From Takakia lepidozioides (taxonomy: Eukaryota > Plantae > Bryophyta), in the NCBI GenBank assembly GCA_030704615.1, contig CM060731.1, forward strand, positions 92,938,001-93,002,000: a stretch of 64,000 nucleotides of DNA, in the 5' to 3' direction. Below are positions 1-12,819 of the stretch, in pieces (the first letter of the stretch is position 1; each line of letters opens with the position of its first letter). Below the pieces are notes generated by a model. That model was not told the origin of the DNA, ran no database searches, and worked only from the letters and a program-made list of their open reading frames with translations. Made by a program: the position numbers and the translations under genes.

Positions 1-426
1 CAGGCCATTTGGGTTTGAGTTCTATTCAAAAAATCATTGCAGCCTTGCGTATGATGGCATACGGTGTAGCAGCCGATGCTTGTGATGAATATTGTCGATT
101 GGCAGAGAGTACTACGACCTTGTGCTTGAAGAAATTTGCAAGGGCAATCCGAGAAATTTATGAGAGTGTGTATTTGAGGTTGCCAACCAGAGATGACTAC
201 CAGAAACAATTGAATATCAATGCCGCCAGGGGATTTCCAAGGATGTTTGGCTCCTTGGATTGTATGCATTGTTGGAAGAATTGTCCCGTTGCTTGGCAGG
301 GGCAATTCACAGACAAAGATGGGGAACAATCAGTTATTTTGGAAGCTGTGGCAGATCAATCTTTGCACATTTGGCATGCATACTTTGGACTTCCAGGTGG
401 AAACAATGATCTGAATGTGCTTGATC
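1..426 (+). pseudogene. PIF/Harbinger transposase fragment (plant Plant_tran/DDE type), truncated at both ends
   Basis: ORF 9-494: GLSSIQKIIAALRMMAYG..DEY.RLAEST, RGFPRMFGSLDCMH.WKNCPVAWQGQF, ILEAVADQSLHIWHAYFGLPGGNNDLNVLD are hallmark plant Harbinger transposase motifs; similarity stops after NVLD. Confidence 0.92.
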
Positions 427-690
427 CTCTAGTATACCTGCTTTTTTCAATGTGGCTGCAGCCATGTCGGCTGTGGCACGAGCCTGGGCTCTGATTGCAT
501 AGTCCCTCATTTTCTGGTCCTTTTGATCTTCCTTGGCTGCTTTGTTCCCCTGCGGACGCTTGGCAGAAGCAGGTCCAGGTCCGGGTGTGGGTCCATGTGT
601 GGCAATACACATATTGTCAATGTCAATAAATTCTACCTCACCGACATCACTCATTTTCCTCTTCATGGGCGGCGTTCTCCTCACCAGGCG
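418..690 (-). pseudogene. Harbinger accessory ORF (NAM-associated-type C-terminal region) fragment, convergent with the transposase
   Basis: KRPQGNKAAKEDQKDQKMRDYAIRAQARATADMAAATLKKAGILEDQ in ORF 334-879 matches the RPxGxKAAK + coiled-coil pattern of Harbinger Myb/NAM-associated ORFs. Confidence 0.7.
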
Positions 691-694
691 AGGG

Positions 695-810
695 CAAGAA
701 GTATTCACGCACTTGCAATGTCCAACACAAACCGACCTTCGAAATTTCAATCCAATGTCGTTGTGGATGTTCAATGTTTTTGTCCTGCACCAAGGGTGAC
801 CATCTTGTTC
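695..810 (-). pseudogene. Short fragment of the GCM-like domain of the Mutator-like transposase
   Basis: DGHPWCRTKTLNIHNDIGLKFRRSVCVGHCKCVNTSC; nucleotide sequence nearly identical to about 19653-19757. Confidence 0.85.
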
Positions 811-833
811 TCCTTTAAACATTTGAATTGATC

Positions 834-1696
834 GTGATGATCGGTGCCGATCATCACTATCTGCCTTTGAAAACAACAAACCCTAAAGCTCCTAATCTGA
901 TTCGGGATGACAAGGATGACGCAACCATGCAAGGTTTTCTAGCCCTGTTTCTTCTCTTCAGGATTCAATTGTTATTCAATATTGGTTCTTCAGTTGCATG
1001 CTATACAGATTCCCGAGCTTTCAGAAAATCATTATCGGTACCGATCGTCACAACCAGACTGTCCTTGGATGCAAACACCCAGGAGGTCTGAATGTGATGG
1101 TCGGCACCAATCATCAGTTTTCTGAAGAATCCCGTCTTTCATTGTATGGGCTTTTGAGCAAAGGAATGGACATGGAAGCGATGATCGCCACCAATCATCG
1201 CTTTTCTGACATTGCTATTCCTCCAATTAGGTTCCCTGGACCTTTTACAACCTTAAAGGGTTGGTTTCCTCGTTTGGATTCTTGTGTAATGCCCAATCAG
1301 TTCAGAAAGTGATGATCGGTACCGATCATCACAATCAGACTGCCCTGGGATGCACACACCAGTGAGGTCTGAATGTGATGGTCGGCACCGATCATCACTT
1401 TCTTGCAGAAGTAGGCCACTCACTATATGAGCTTTTCAGTCTAGGAATGGACTTGGAAGCGATGATCGCCACCGATCACCACTTTTCTGTCACTGCAATT
1501 CCTCCAATTAAGTGGAATGGACCTTGTACATCATAAAAGTTTTTAGTTTACAAAGGGTTGGTTTGCTCTGTTGGATTCTGGGGTAATACCCAATCATTTC
1601 AAAAAGTGATGATCGGTACCGATCATCACATTCAGACTGCCCTGGGATGCACAACTGCCCAGGTCTGAATGTGATGGTCGGCACTGATCATCACTT
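834..1696. repeat. Palindrome array 1 (family A): about 9 copies of GTGATGATCGGTACCGATCATCAC-type 24-bp palindrome within ~280-295 bp higher-order repeats
   Basis: Perfect palindromes at 1309-1332 and 1606-1629; variants at about 834, 1030, 1094, 1178, 1375, 1459, 1671. Confidence 0.93.
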
Positions 1697-1749
1697 TCGT
1701 CGTGAACCACGCCATTGCTAGTCTAAGCTGAACATCCCTTCGCCTTCTT

Positions 1750-2250
1750 CGGCTTCGTGGCGACATCGCTTGGATCGCCCTCTTCTGCTTTCCTCTTCCC
1801 TTTTCCATCGGTCTGAACACAAGATCAACCATGTTCTTCAGTTGCACATCAAAGGGAAAGCATCCACGGCTAATGAAAACAGTAGTATGTGGATATGGAG
1901 TGCTCACCATTTCTGTCTGATGTAGGGTTCGCAGACTTCCTCCCCGTATGACGTCCTTTGCTCCTCCTCCTGTTCTCTTTTCTTCATGCAAGAACTTGGC
2001 TGGCACTGTCTGGTTACCTACGCTCACTGCTCCCTCTGTTGCTATGACAGCGGCGACCTCACTCTCACTTCCCAAATGCTCTTTTGCTGGACCTGTCTCC
2101 ACATTCACATGCTGCCGAAGCCCTGCACCATCTTGCAAGCGACGCCTCATCATTTGCTCTCTTGATCTGAGCCTCTCTCTAAGGGAAGTAAAATACAATG
2201 ACTTCCTTCTCTTCCGAACCGAACAAGGAACCCTCTCCAGCTTGACTACC
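1750..2250 (-). pseudogene. Probable first exon of the family-A accessory (ParB-MTase) gene, divergent from the transposase
   Basis: VVKLERVPCSVRKRRKSLYFTSLRERLRSREQ is homologous to NVKLE..RKKKRKSIYFTSTRDRKRARDR at 18160-18275, which lies upstream of a ParB-like exon. Confidence 0.55.
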
Positions 2251-2982
2251 TAAGACTCGGTGTCTTGCGCGGTTCCGTCTTTTTTGGAGTGTCTCTGGCA
2301 CCGTTCGATTGCCTCTCGCGTGTCCGTTAGGTGAATGAACAACTTAAGTGCAAATGGCGTAACCTAATTGGGACAGCTGTTCCTTTGCGCAGCAGTTTTG
2401 GGTTGTTGGCGTGTGCAAACATAAAATAAACACGTGTCTTTTTTTGGACGACTTCGTTAATTTCATCGTACATCATCATAGATGAGGATTCTTAAAGTAC
2501 TTAGGATGAGGCCTACCTAGGATTTCAGGCAATATGCGTGCGTGGAGAGTTCTGGGCAATTTGATGCATAATTGTTAAACCTTCAAGATGATCAGGCGAT
2601 GTGAATGTAGTCATGGGCGGATAGACGATGTATGTACATCAATTATATTGCCATCATCCCTGCATCAGCTCCACTGGCAGGCTTCAAGGAAGGCGACGGG
2701 TTTTTATTGTTTTGGGCCGACTTTTTGAAATTGGGTTGATCATCTGTCAAATTTGCTCAGAAGACAATGCAGATTCCAGGTCTGACACGTTAATCTGATG
2801 GCGGATTGTCAAGAACCGTATCCTCGCAACTTGATAGGTAACTGTATGGAATAATAGAATATATGCACAAACTTCCGCCGCATTTGCTGTGCGCATGCTT
2901 GCCCAGTGTGGTGCAGACCTGAGTCATCTGACTTTGCAAAGGAGCAGCTCAGGAAAGAGAACACCCCGCGAGAGGAGGTAAC

Positions 2983-5900
2983 ATGGCTTCCTTTGAAGCA
3001 AAGTTCTTTTCTGACAACAAACCAGTGCCTTTCTCCAAAGAATCCCTTGACAATGGATTCGCAATTGTTCTGGAACATGTCTTGGCCACCCGGTTTGAGC
3101 TCCAGAATGGCTCCATCTACTTGGAGAAAGAGGTGTACGATTTGGATGGGAAGTTGTTGAAATATTTGTTCCAAAACCGTGATGAGACAGCTCATGTCAG
3201 CCAGTGGAGAGTGCGCCCTGGGAGATACAGAGTACTTGGAGAGCCTCGGCAAAAGTCCCTTGGATCATCCGGGGACTGCTGCTTCAGTCGTTGAAGACAA
3301 AAGGGAGGTGATAGTGAAAAAAGAATAAACGTCCTCCACTCCAATCGTTGAGCTTTCAGATTCGTCCGATGAACACATAAGTGAAATTCCCACTCCAGTG
3401 CATACTACGCTAGTTGTGGAAGCGGATGAAGAAGAGATTTGTAGTGTCATTCCAAAACTACGGGCAATGGGAGGAATGGCCGGTTTCAAAAGTGAGTTGC
3501 GGGGAATTGATTGGGAATCTTTCAAGCAGATGCCAGTGAAGTTCCTGCCAGAGACTTTTGATGGGGATATCCTCTTCGAGCTGCCTCCTCCTCCACGAGT
3601 TGGAGGTATAATAAGCCTGATGCACGAGATGGACAAGAAACACGATGGGCACCCATGGTGCAGAACAAAAACATCGAATATTCAAAATCATGACAAGCTT
3701 GTTTTCAGGAGAACAGTTTGCAATGGACACCTTAGGTGTGACAATTTGAATTGCAGGCACTTTCTTCAGTCTGGGGTTCATAATCAAAGCAAGTGGGAGG
3801 GTCTCGCGGAAAATCCATTTAAGCCTGGGGCTGCTCCTCCACCGGCAAACACTTTCGTTTGCAAATTCTGCAGACTTGTCCCATCCTGCCTGACAGTGTG
3901 TGGAGAAAGAATGTACTATGTCGTCCATCGTTTGAAAACAATGACAAGAGCTTGTGTGCATTTCGGTTTTCATAACCATCCTGTCTCGAAGGGGGATTAC
4001 AGGGAGAGTGTTGAGACAGTTTCCAGGTTGATTAAACAAGAGTACGAGAGCAACCCATCCGCAACAACATCTGCAATTGTTCTTGCCGCGAGCAAGTCTT
4101 TCTTGGAGAGCCATATTTTGAGTGAAAATATTCTGTGGGCACTAAACTGGACGGTCCAACATTGGACATTGTCATGGATTATTTTTCCACTTTGAGTTCA
4201 CCTAACATTCGGCATCAGATCAATGCATTGAGAATGGGCTCTGGGATCAGAGGCTACATAGACGACATTTTGGGATTGAAACGACGGAGCAAGTACGACT
4301 ACATCCAGGACAATGTTTTTCCAGGTCAAGGTGCCGCCAAAGTATTTCTTTTCAAAATGTCGTCTGCTGGGGAGCGCAGCGGGGTTAGCCTCGTGAAGCG
4401 CATGCAGAAGAGTGGGGACCTGCAGAATTGTTTTCTTATGTTTGATCATGGGAAACAAGTGAAAGATTGGATGACAATGGCTTGTCATGTGTACGATCCT
4501 GTGTACCAACGAGTTATGACAATTGCAGTGTATGACATGCAATCCGAGGATACGGAATCCCAGAAGCTAATGTGGAATTCGCTGATTCGCGTTATGGGCT
4601 GCCATGGGGTGCCACCTCCAAATTTTTCTGGTTTCATGGCAGATAGTGCTCAGGCGAATTTCAATGCTGTTTGAATTGTCTTCGGATCAGGCGACCCAAA
4701 AGTGCCAGTGGAGGGAAGAGAGCGTACATGTCTGTTCCATTGGACACAATCTCTGGAGAAACATACAAAGTCGGACATCAAACCAGAGATGCAGACACAA
4801 CATCGTAAATTGTGCAAAGAGTATAAAGATGCTAGAACAATGAAGGAGGCGAACACTTTGTTCCAGACAATTCGTGCCTGGTGGTTCTCTTCTGGAGCTG
4901 CATCGCTGAGAGCATTAGAAGATTTGCTGACGTTTTGGCACTTCCGGTACAGACAGTGGGGAGCAGCCATATCAATGGTGCGTGGCTTCTATTGCTTGCT
5001 TTATTCATAACTTTACTTTCCAAATTTTGCTCTGCTTGCTTTCTTTATGTTGTTGCCTATCCGCTGTTCTGAAGTGTGGTTTTCCACTTTGCAGAACATG
5101 TCCATCGAGGAAATGGTAGACATGCCATCTTGCAATTTGGCAGAGACAGAGCACAACGCATGGTTGCAACAGTCTGGGAAACAAGGTCCGGATTTGCATG
5201 TGGCAACAACAGATGATCTAATACGTGCCTTGCAACAACAAACCAGATACCGTGACTTCTTGCGAGGTGGGGTTGGTGGCAAGGGTCCGGACAAACTAGA
5301 GTTGATGTTGCGTGTTGCAAGCAGATCTAGGGATCCAAGCAAGATAGCATGGGCGGTGAGCATGTATGCCTAGGGAACGCCACTTGTGTCTAGAGTTCCA
5401 CATCTAGAAGGGGAGGAGAGATTCGGCTCCTGTAAGAGGAAATTGAACACCCCACCTGGTTCGGATTCCAATTCGCATAGGGCAGACCGTGATAACTTCT
5501 CGAAGCCTCGTGTTCCCCTGCATGACAGATCCATGTCTAGAACCTCCATTCTGGAGGAACCTCCGTCACGACGGCAGGCTCCAACATCAAATACTACCAC
5601 TGAAATGGTACAGGAGACAAACTTCCTCCCTGATGTGTTGGAGTTTGCATGCCCCGACCACGTTTGACACATATAACGCACAAGTGCAGACCTGGGGGTC
5701 TCGTGTGAAATATACAACGATCAGGGCAACTAATTTCAAAAAATGCACTTCATCTATATCCAGAGGCGGTGCCCAGAGTCCTGCTCCAACTTTCACTGGT
5801 TTGATGCGTCCATACGGCCAACCAGAAGCCAAGAACCACAAGTTCTGGTTTTGCGCAGACGATTGTGGTAGATGTGTGCATGGAACTGTGCGACCTTCCG

Positions 5901-6487
5901 TGGCGATGAAGCCAGCTCCTCCAACCGTTTGGCCCGTCAAGGTGGGAACACATCTCACAAGTCAAGAGATTGCAATGTTGGAGGAGGCAGGTTTTTCACT
6001 TGCAAGACAACCCCCTCTGCATGCATCTGCTTCCAGTTCCGTGTCTTGTCGGGTCCCTCCGGTAAATTCTCACTTGTGGCCAACCAAACGAGATGGAAAG
6101 CTGGTTCGGCAATTCCCTCCAACCGCAGAACACTTCGGTAAGGTGGAGTCCGCAAGAATCCTCCAAGCTTGTGTTGCAAGCACCACGGAAGTGCCCGATC
6201 CAGGGTATGGTTGGGTGTATACAATGATCACTTCGACATCTGTTGTTCATGACAGGGCGTACGACATCACAGTTTCCAATTTCCCCAATTGCACCTGTCC
6301 TGATTTTGTGAATATGCTATCAACCAGTTTGGGCAAGAGAGGTAAATTCATACCCTGCAAACATTTGTATTTCATATTTTTGAAGATGATGGTTTGCGAT
6401 CCCAAGCGTGACAACTTTGTTCACCAGGCCACTCTGAGTTTCAACGAGGTCAATACTCTATTGCAGCGGGATATAACACATAGGTAG
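2983..6487 (+). pseudogene. Mutator-like (MULE) transposase, family A: N-terminal unknown domain + GCM/WRKY-like Zn domain + DDE core + SWIM finger; stops, frameshifts and one intron (~4978-5094)
   Basis: MDKKHDGHPWCRTKTSN..C..C..HNHP; MFDH (D1), GFMADSAQANFNAV (D2), CLFHW (CxxH), CNLAETEH (E); C-terminal CTCPDF...PCKHLYFIF (SWIM). Confidence 0.85.
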
Positions 6488-7029
6488 AATCAACTATCAC
6501 TTCATGTATCTGGAATCTGCAATCTGAAATCTGGTTTATATGGACTGTGAGAATACAATGTGGTATGTGGACGACCATGTTGTGTAATGTGCAATTTGCA
6601 ACATTGTCATTGAAATTCAATTCAATTCAATTCATTTGCAACATCGTCGGCGGTGCAATGATATGGCATCCCTTATCCCTCCATTATGCTTCCAACTATA
6701 CTCAGTCTCAGTGGCAACTTTTAAAAGCACATGCATCATTGCACCTTTCGAAGTCTACATGTGCTCCTGTCGCTATGTACTGCAATCATCTTTTGAATGT
6801 GATCCCAACTCTCATTGTTATTTGGGGAGGGAGCAGGGTCTTCCCGTGGTAGCCTCTATGGCACTCACGTTGTGAGGTTATTTTGTCGTCATTGTAATTG
6901 TAATAGTGAAACAAACAATTATAATTGCACAATGTTGGATGCCACAGTTGTAGGCTTCATGGTAGACTTCATTGTATTCAGCCAACGATTCCCTACATGA
7001 ATCCCACAATCATTGGATCATCCTCGGTT

Positions 7030-8560
7030 ATAGGTGCCGCATGTATATGCTGATGTGGCAGATGACGACGCAGCGCCACGTTAGCATTTGTCGCCATCTT
7101 AAGTGGCTACAGATATGGAACTCCGATCCCACTGTTAGGGATACCCACATGTTCCCCAGGTTGGAGAAAGATAAGAAAACCTGGCGTGTCATTCCAGTCA
7201 GTGACAATATGATGGACACATGGCTTCACAAGGCCACTTACTGGAGCCAGGTATGATGTCCTTTGTTGTGTCACTTTCATTTCACTTTACTGTCATTCTC
7301 TTTCCATGTTACATTGGCTGTGATTGTTTTCAGGTTCATTCTTGCATTCGAATTGTTTTGCAGTTGGAGGAAAGGGCCCAGTCTGTTCTACATATGCAAC
7401 TGGCTAACTATGGCATCACCATGACAGCACCGAAGGTCTCCTTCCAAGCATACATGCGGAAATGGAGAGCCACAGTGTGGCAATCTTGTTTCTTCAGGGA
7501 GTTCAACAAGGAGGGTGGCATCAGTCAAACAAATGAGCTTGAGCAGCAAGAGAAAGGAGAGGAAGCCTGGAAACGATGCCTTTACAGGTGCGAAATGGAC
7601 CATGCTTCTTTGTTTTGCAAAGACATACTCTCCTCCATCCAACCTGTTTTGTGCTAGCTCATATGAGTGTGTGGTGCCGCACACTCATTTGTTCTATCCG
7701 TGTGTAGTAACACCAACGTGCACACCCTGGGCCCTTCAGGCTATTTTGTGTGCGGTGGTTACAGTGTGCGGTGACGCATACTCTTTTAGGGGGTCTTCGT
7801 GATGTGGTAGAAAAGTTGGGAGACAATAGTTGCATTGCATAATGAGGCTGTCTCTGTGCCTGCAGGTACATAAATTATGTTCTCATGGCAAAGAACTGCT
7901 TGGACAAACATCCTGATTTCGTGGACCTGTGGCTTGTTCCTGCTGGCAACCAGACCATGTTTACTACGGGGATCTTGCAGGACTGGGGCCCAGACCATCT
8001 TTCTGCCTGTGGTTGGTATTTGGATTGCCCTGTTTATGAGACCCCAGCGCAGGAGGTGTCTTTGAGGAGAGAGAATGAGCGTGTAGCAGCCACCGCCGCA
8101 GCTGCCGACCTCGAGATTCATGATAGAAATTTGAGGACACTTGCAGAGAAGGAGCCGTCCGCTCAGGATACCCCGGGTAAAGGTAGAAAGGCAAAGGGAA
8201 AGGATGTTGCTGTTGGTGTGGGGAAAGGAAGGGGTAGGAGGAAGGGAGCGCAAGGGCAGGTAGGTGGGCAGGGAAGTGTTGCAGAAACTAGCCCTGTGGC
8301 GGATGTCCAGCCGACCAAAGAGACTCCACCGCATGGTAGGGGATCCGGGAGAAAGAACAAGGGTGTGGTTGATCCTAAGGACCCGTACCATGCAGTGGAG
8401 CATCCCATGAGGGTCATTCGCCCTACCAGGTTGGAGATGGCCAACGTCAGGTTCCTTGCCATGATGGAGTCCAAGAAATCTGATTACAAGGGCGAACCCA
8501 TTCCACGTCTTTATAATCTTCATGTCTGCCGATTTGAGGAAACTGGCAAGCTGTCGGCGA
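7030..8560 (+). pseudogene. Central exons of a ParB-MTase accessory gene homolog
   Basis: WLQIWNSDPTVRDTHMFP..MDTWLHKATYWSQV, QAYMRKWRATVWQSCFFREF..KRCLYR and WGPDHLSACGWYLD align in order with WLSIWNASESIRTMWSFP..VDVWLNRMTWWFQV, EDYVTRFRCAYKDNLFAREL..MRIVYR and WHPAHLVGCPWYLD at 31480-32240; GT-AG introns at similar positions. Confidence 0.75.
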
Positions 8561-8566
8561 CACTTT

Positions 8567-9226
8567 CACTAGAAGCATTCGTGTCATTTACCACTGGGGT
8601 AACGACTCATTTTGAGTCGTAAAAGTCAAAAAACTGGGATCAACTGGAAGTTACAACAGACGTGGTAGTTGGGTTGGACATCCAATGATTGGAGTGGTAA
8701 AGGACGTAGACGCGCGAACAACTGCTCAGCGATTAATGCGATTAATGCTGAAGAACCACGTGGCGTAACCAGGCGGGCCGCCCGTGTGTCTGACCTTTTG
8801 GGCTGACTTTGACTTTTCCCTCCGGATGAGTGGACTGACTCACCCGGGGCGCGGTGACACATGGACGCGGACGTGGATGCGGACGTGGCGGCGCCGCGAC
8901 GAGCGGCAATGCTGCCGCGTGGCCACGGCCCCAAGACGCCACATCGCAGTCGGCCACATCACTTGGAGTGCTGCATGTGACGTCGCAACAGCCACTGGCG
9001 AAGTCAACTGCACAACTTCCGGTAGACGAATCCACGGGGACCACGTGGAGAGTGTGTGGGTCGACGCGTGGCGTCGTCCCCACGCAATGGCAGTGACGGG
9101 TACGACTGCTAGTGGAAAGACGCAGAGTGCCTGTGCCATCTCGGGACTACTTTGGCCAACTCCGCTGCCACTGTGCTAGTTGGTTGCACTACAGTAGGAA
9201 AGCACGAAAAATGAGCACTTGTAGTG
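8567..9226. mobile_element. Possible small non-autonomous CACTA element
   Basis: Begins CACTAGAAG and ends CTTGTAGTG; GC-rich interior with many ACGTGG-type subterminal motifs like 55500-56331; flanks TTT/GTT (imperfect 3-bp TSD). Confidence 0.4.
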
Positions 9227-10174
9227 GTTTGTGTGAGTTTCCAACTGACCTGCATTCTAAGCTGAAAATATGGTTTTGATGCATTATTGCAGATGTGGGT
9301 AGTGAAGGGGAAGATTATTTGGATATAGATAGTGAGCCCAGCTGAATCTCAGTGTCCATTAAGCCAGCAGCTCATAGACGAGAGCTATGCTAAGGACTCT
9401 TACTGTCCTTAGAACCCATTTTGTACAGTCCTGCAAGCGCGCAAGGGCGAGACAGTTAATAGTATCGATAATGTCCCGATATGTGGTCCGTACTGTCTTG
9501 TGAACAAACCTTTTTTTGTTCTGCCAATATTGTTTCTGACATGTGAGGAGAGGATCGTCTTCATGTACGGGAAGTAGACGTGAATGTGTGCATGCATTTT
9601 CTGGCCCAGCTACATGCTTTCCAGGAACAAAGACCAGTGGAATGGGGGGTGTCTCCAAAAGAGCAGGACCGAACGACACCTTTTTGTGCTTCCCTTGCTT
9701 TCCTTCTCACCGTTGTTGCATTCTCCCACCTGCCCAACAGCAGCACTCTCGAAGCAATAGCATGACATATGTTGCAACATGGTCTTCTTCACCAGCGAAT
9801 GAGCTTTTTTGCTACATGTACTGCCACGTCCACATTAACGTTGATCCCTGCAAGCACTTGGCAAGACACCCCAGAGCCGCAAATCCAGCAACCACCACAA
9901 ACACATCTAACTGATTGTAGTGACACGGGAATAGCTCACTTGTAGAGGAATTGAACCTCTAGCCAAATGAATGGCTCTGCCCCTTGTAGCACAAGTGCGA
10001 TGCAAAAACAAGGTGAGTACAAAATGAAGAAGCACTTACGAGGTCCCCATCCTTCGGATGGACTCCCACTTGTGCTCTGGAACTGTGCAGGCCTGACTAG
10101 CACCAAATTGCATGAATCCTAAGCCTGAATGTCAAATGCAGGTTTATGTCGTGATGCAACACGCCATCATCTAA

Positions 10175-10890
10175 CCTGTAGTTTCCAGTTTCACTGGTGT
10201 CACAACTGCCGTCAAGTCAACATCAAAATTAAGTCCACCTATGCGCAAATCGCAGAATGTCTCATGACACCATCTGCCGCCGCTGGTTTGGCATGATATG
10301 ATTGTAGTTCACAACCTTAATGAACGCTTCCAGCCTTGACCTCTTTGCGATCTTCTTCTGTGACTGCTTCTTCATAATTTATGAAAGGGAAAAGCAGCTA
10401 CACATCAAATTCTTGCAAGTACAGGGGGGTACTCAGGCCTCCTTGGGAGAAAGAGTGCCATAAACACAGACACATCCTTAAATGTAAAAATTGGAGAAGC
10501 GAACGTCTGGTGGCAATAACTGCCTAAACCAGAATTATACTCCATTCCAGCGCACATGTAAAGGGTCGGATGATAACTCGGAATCCCAATTGGAGATAAT
10601 GAGATGAATACATGACTATCTTGCGAGTTTCAACTTTCTTGGAGGTAGTTTCCAGTTTCTCTGGTGTCACAACTGCCTTTAAGCTGGGTTTAGAGGAATT
10701 AAGTCCCACTCGCAAATGCAGAATGTCTCCCTCATCTGCGTGGGGAAAATGGGGTTTGGCATGATATGATTGTAGTTCACAACCAAAGGGCATATTCTTC
10801 AGCCTTGACGTCTTTGCGATCTTCTTCTGTGACGCCTTCTGCATAACTTGTGAAATGGAAAAGCAGCTACACATCAAATTATTGCGATGC
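10175..10890. repeat. Pair of degenerate ~240-bp direct repeats (about 10175-10420 and 10645-10890)
   Basis: Shared blocks GTAGTTTCCAGTTTC..CTGGTGTCACAACTGCC, TTTGGCATGATATGATTGTAGTTCACAACC, CTTTGCGATCTTCTTCTGTGAC, AAAAGCAGCTACACATCAAATT. Confidence 0.8.
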
Positions 10891-11699
10891 CAATCAATGG
10901 CACTATGAACGTTTCGAGCATGCTGTCAGAAAACTAGACGGGCAAAAACCCAATTCAGCAGCCTCACCTTGCGTGGATACTTGGGAATTGATGCCAGAAG
11001 GGCATGCCCGTATGCGCGCTCCATCGTGCCTCCATCCAGTAGATTCTGTAAATGATGAATGACCAAGACCCCGATGTCACACCGTTCTGAGAAGCCACTA
11101 CGCGCGCTCACAGTATACGAAGGCCTTGTCGTGTCAGGATTTCCATTCCCACGTCCCGCCATGTCCGACGCAGCACTTGCATCCTTGTCTCTGCCAGGTG
11201 GAGGCAGCACGTATTAAAATATCTATTCCCCAAGGCCACATTTTGTTTACCTCTTTTTGTGAAAGCCACGTCAGCAAATGTGCTGCCGAGTCATGGGTGC
11301 AATGAATGCGCAGTGGTTCATGGAGTCGTTGAGTCGACTACATATTCACTTTAATGAATAAATATCTTTATTCCATCAATCGAATTAGGAAAGAAAATTT
11401 GTAGTCGCATGTGCAGTAATTACAACCACTTGTAATTTTGGCTTTTTCAAATTTTATGTATATACGCAATTCGTAAAATAGCCCGGAATTCTGCTACGAC
11501 TCCGGAGTCGTTGACCCCACTTCTGTCCGCCGTCTGAAATGCCCCCGTGGGCCCACATTGTCTGTTTCGACTCTCCAGTAGTCTCGTTTACTACCAAGTG
11601 GTTCCCGGAGTGGTCGCGGACATGCAGTCGAATTGGAAAAGACACGAATGCTTCTAGTGTTTGCATTGGCTGCTTGGAGGATAAGCAAAGCACCATTGT

Positions 11700-12090
11700 C
11701 AGCAAAGAACTCCTCAAATAACAAATTCACTTCTCTCTAGCAGTTGTCGCACCGATCCATTATTTCCTCGTCAACCATCCTCTCATTCCCGTCCGTATCT
11801 GCCCAAGGAACGTAGAAAACCTGGGTACCAAAGCGGTACCCGTGCACAAAATCCCCCTGCAGCTTTCTTATGTCTGGTGTGAGTGCAGGACAAACTGTTG
11901 GCATGGATAGCATTCTGCAAAGGGGGATCATGAGGTTTCCCTCCATGACCAGCATGGCCCGGATGACCTGGGCGGAGTTCAATTTTGACGATGACATGAT
12001 CTCTTTGGCTCTGAACTCGTAATCCAGATCATCATCGTCCTCATCCTGGTTTGACGGAGGTACTTCATGCTCCTTCCCCTTACTTCTCTT
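11700..12090 (-). pseudogene. ParB/Srx-like domain exon fragment (accessory gene of a further family)
   Basis: NLMIPLCRMLSMPTVCPALTPDIRKLQGDFVHGYRFGTQVFYV, homologous to the copies at 14380-14840, 30230-30736 and 59081-59360. Confidence 0.8.
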
Positions 12091-12819
12091 TTTCTGCATA
12101 CAAAGATCACACAGAAAAGATCCTTGCGTTAACGCAAACATGGAATAGACAACAACAAGAAGAAAGTGAGGCCCTCCTTGTTTGGGGGAAGCCAGTATGA
12201 AAGATACTTACTTCAGACAACAACTCAAACAGGAGTGATTGATGATTGTGTTAACGCAATCATCTATAAGCACTACTGTACGCAAACTTCCACCATCCGT
12301 CCATGGATACATCACTTACACAAGATTAAGATGGCGTCTGTATGAAAACAACAAAGGGGAGAAAGATGCTTGCGTCAACCCCCCCTCAACTACCAATGGT
12401 TTCAAGAGAGCTGTTGTCTGCCTTGCCAGAAAAGTCATTCACTTGCCTGTCTGATGTTCTATTGAAATGCCATTCGAAAAATGATTGCATTGATGCAATC
12501 ATCTTTCAGCCACAGATTGCAACATCAATCTGCAGCTTCTCCCACCCCCATTTCATCTGCATTCTCGTCCTCCAGAAGAAGTTTGCATCAACGCAAGCAT
12601 CTTCTAGACGACGTGCAGACACTGCATCCTCACCTAATCTTGAACATGAAAGGAAAAACGAAACGCGGGTTCTTAGCGTCAAGCATTGGAAGAATGACCT
12701 CACCCTCTGTGCACAAAAGATGGTTGCGTTGGCGCAACCATCTCACTACTCACTAAGGCGCACATCCCTCGCGTTTCCAGCTCTGCCCAGCTATGTACTG
12801 CAGGCTATATGACAGCTGC

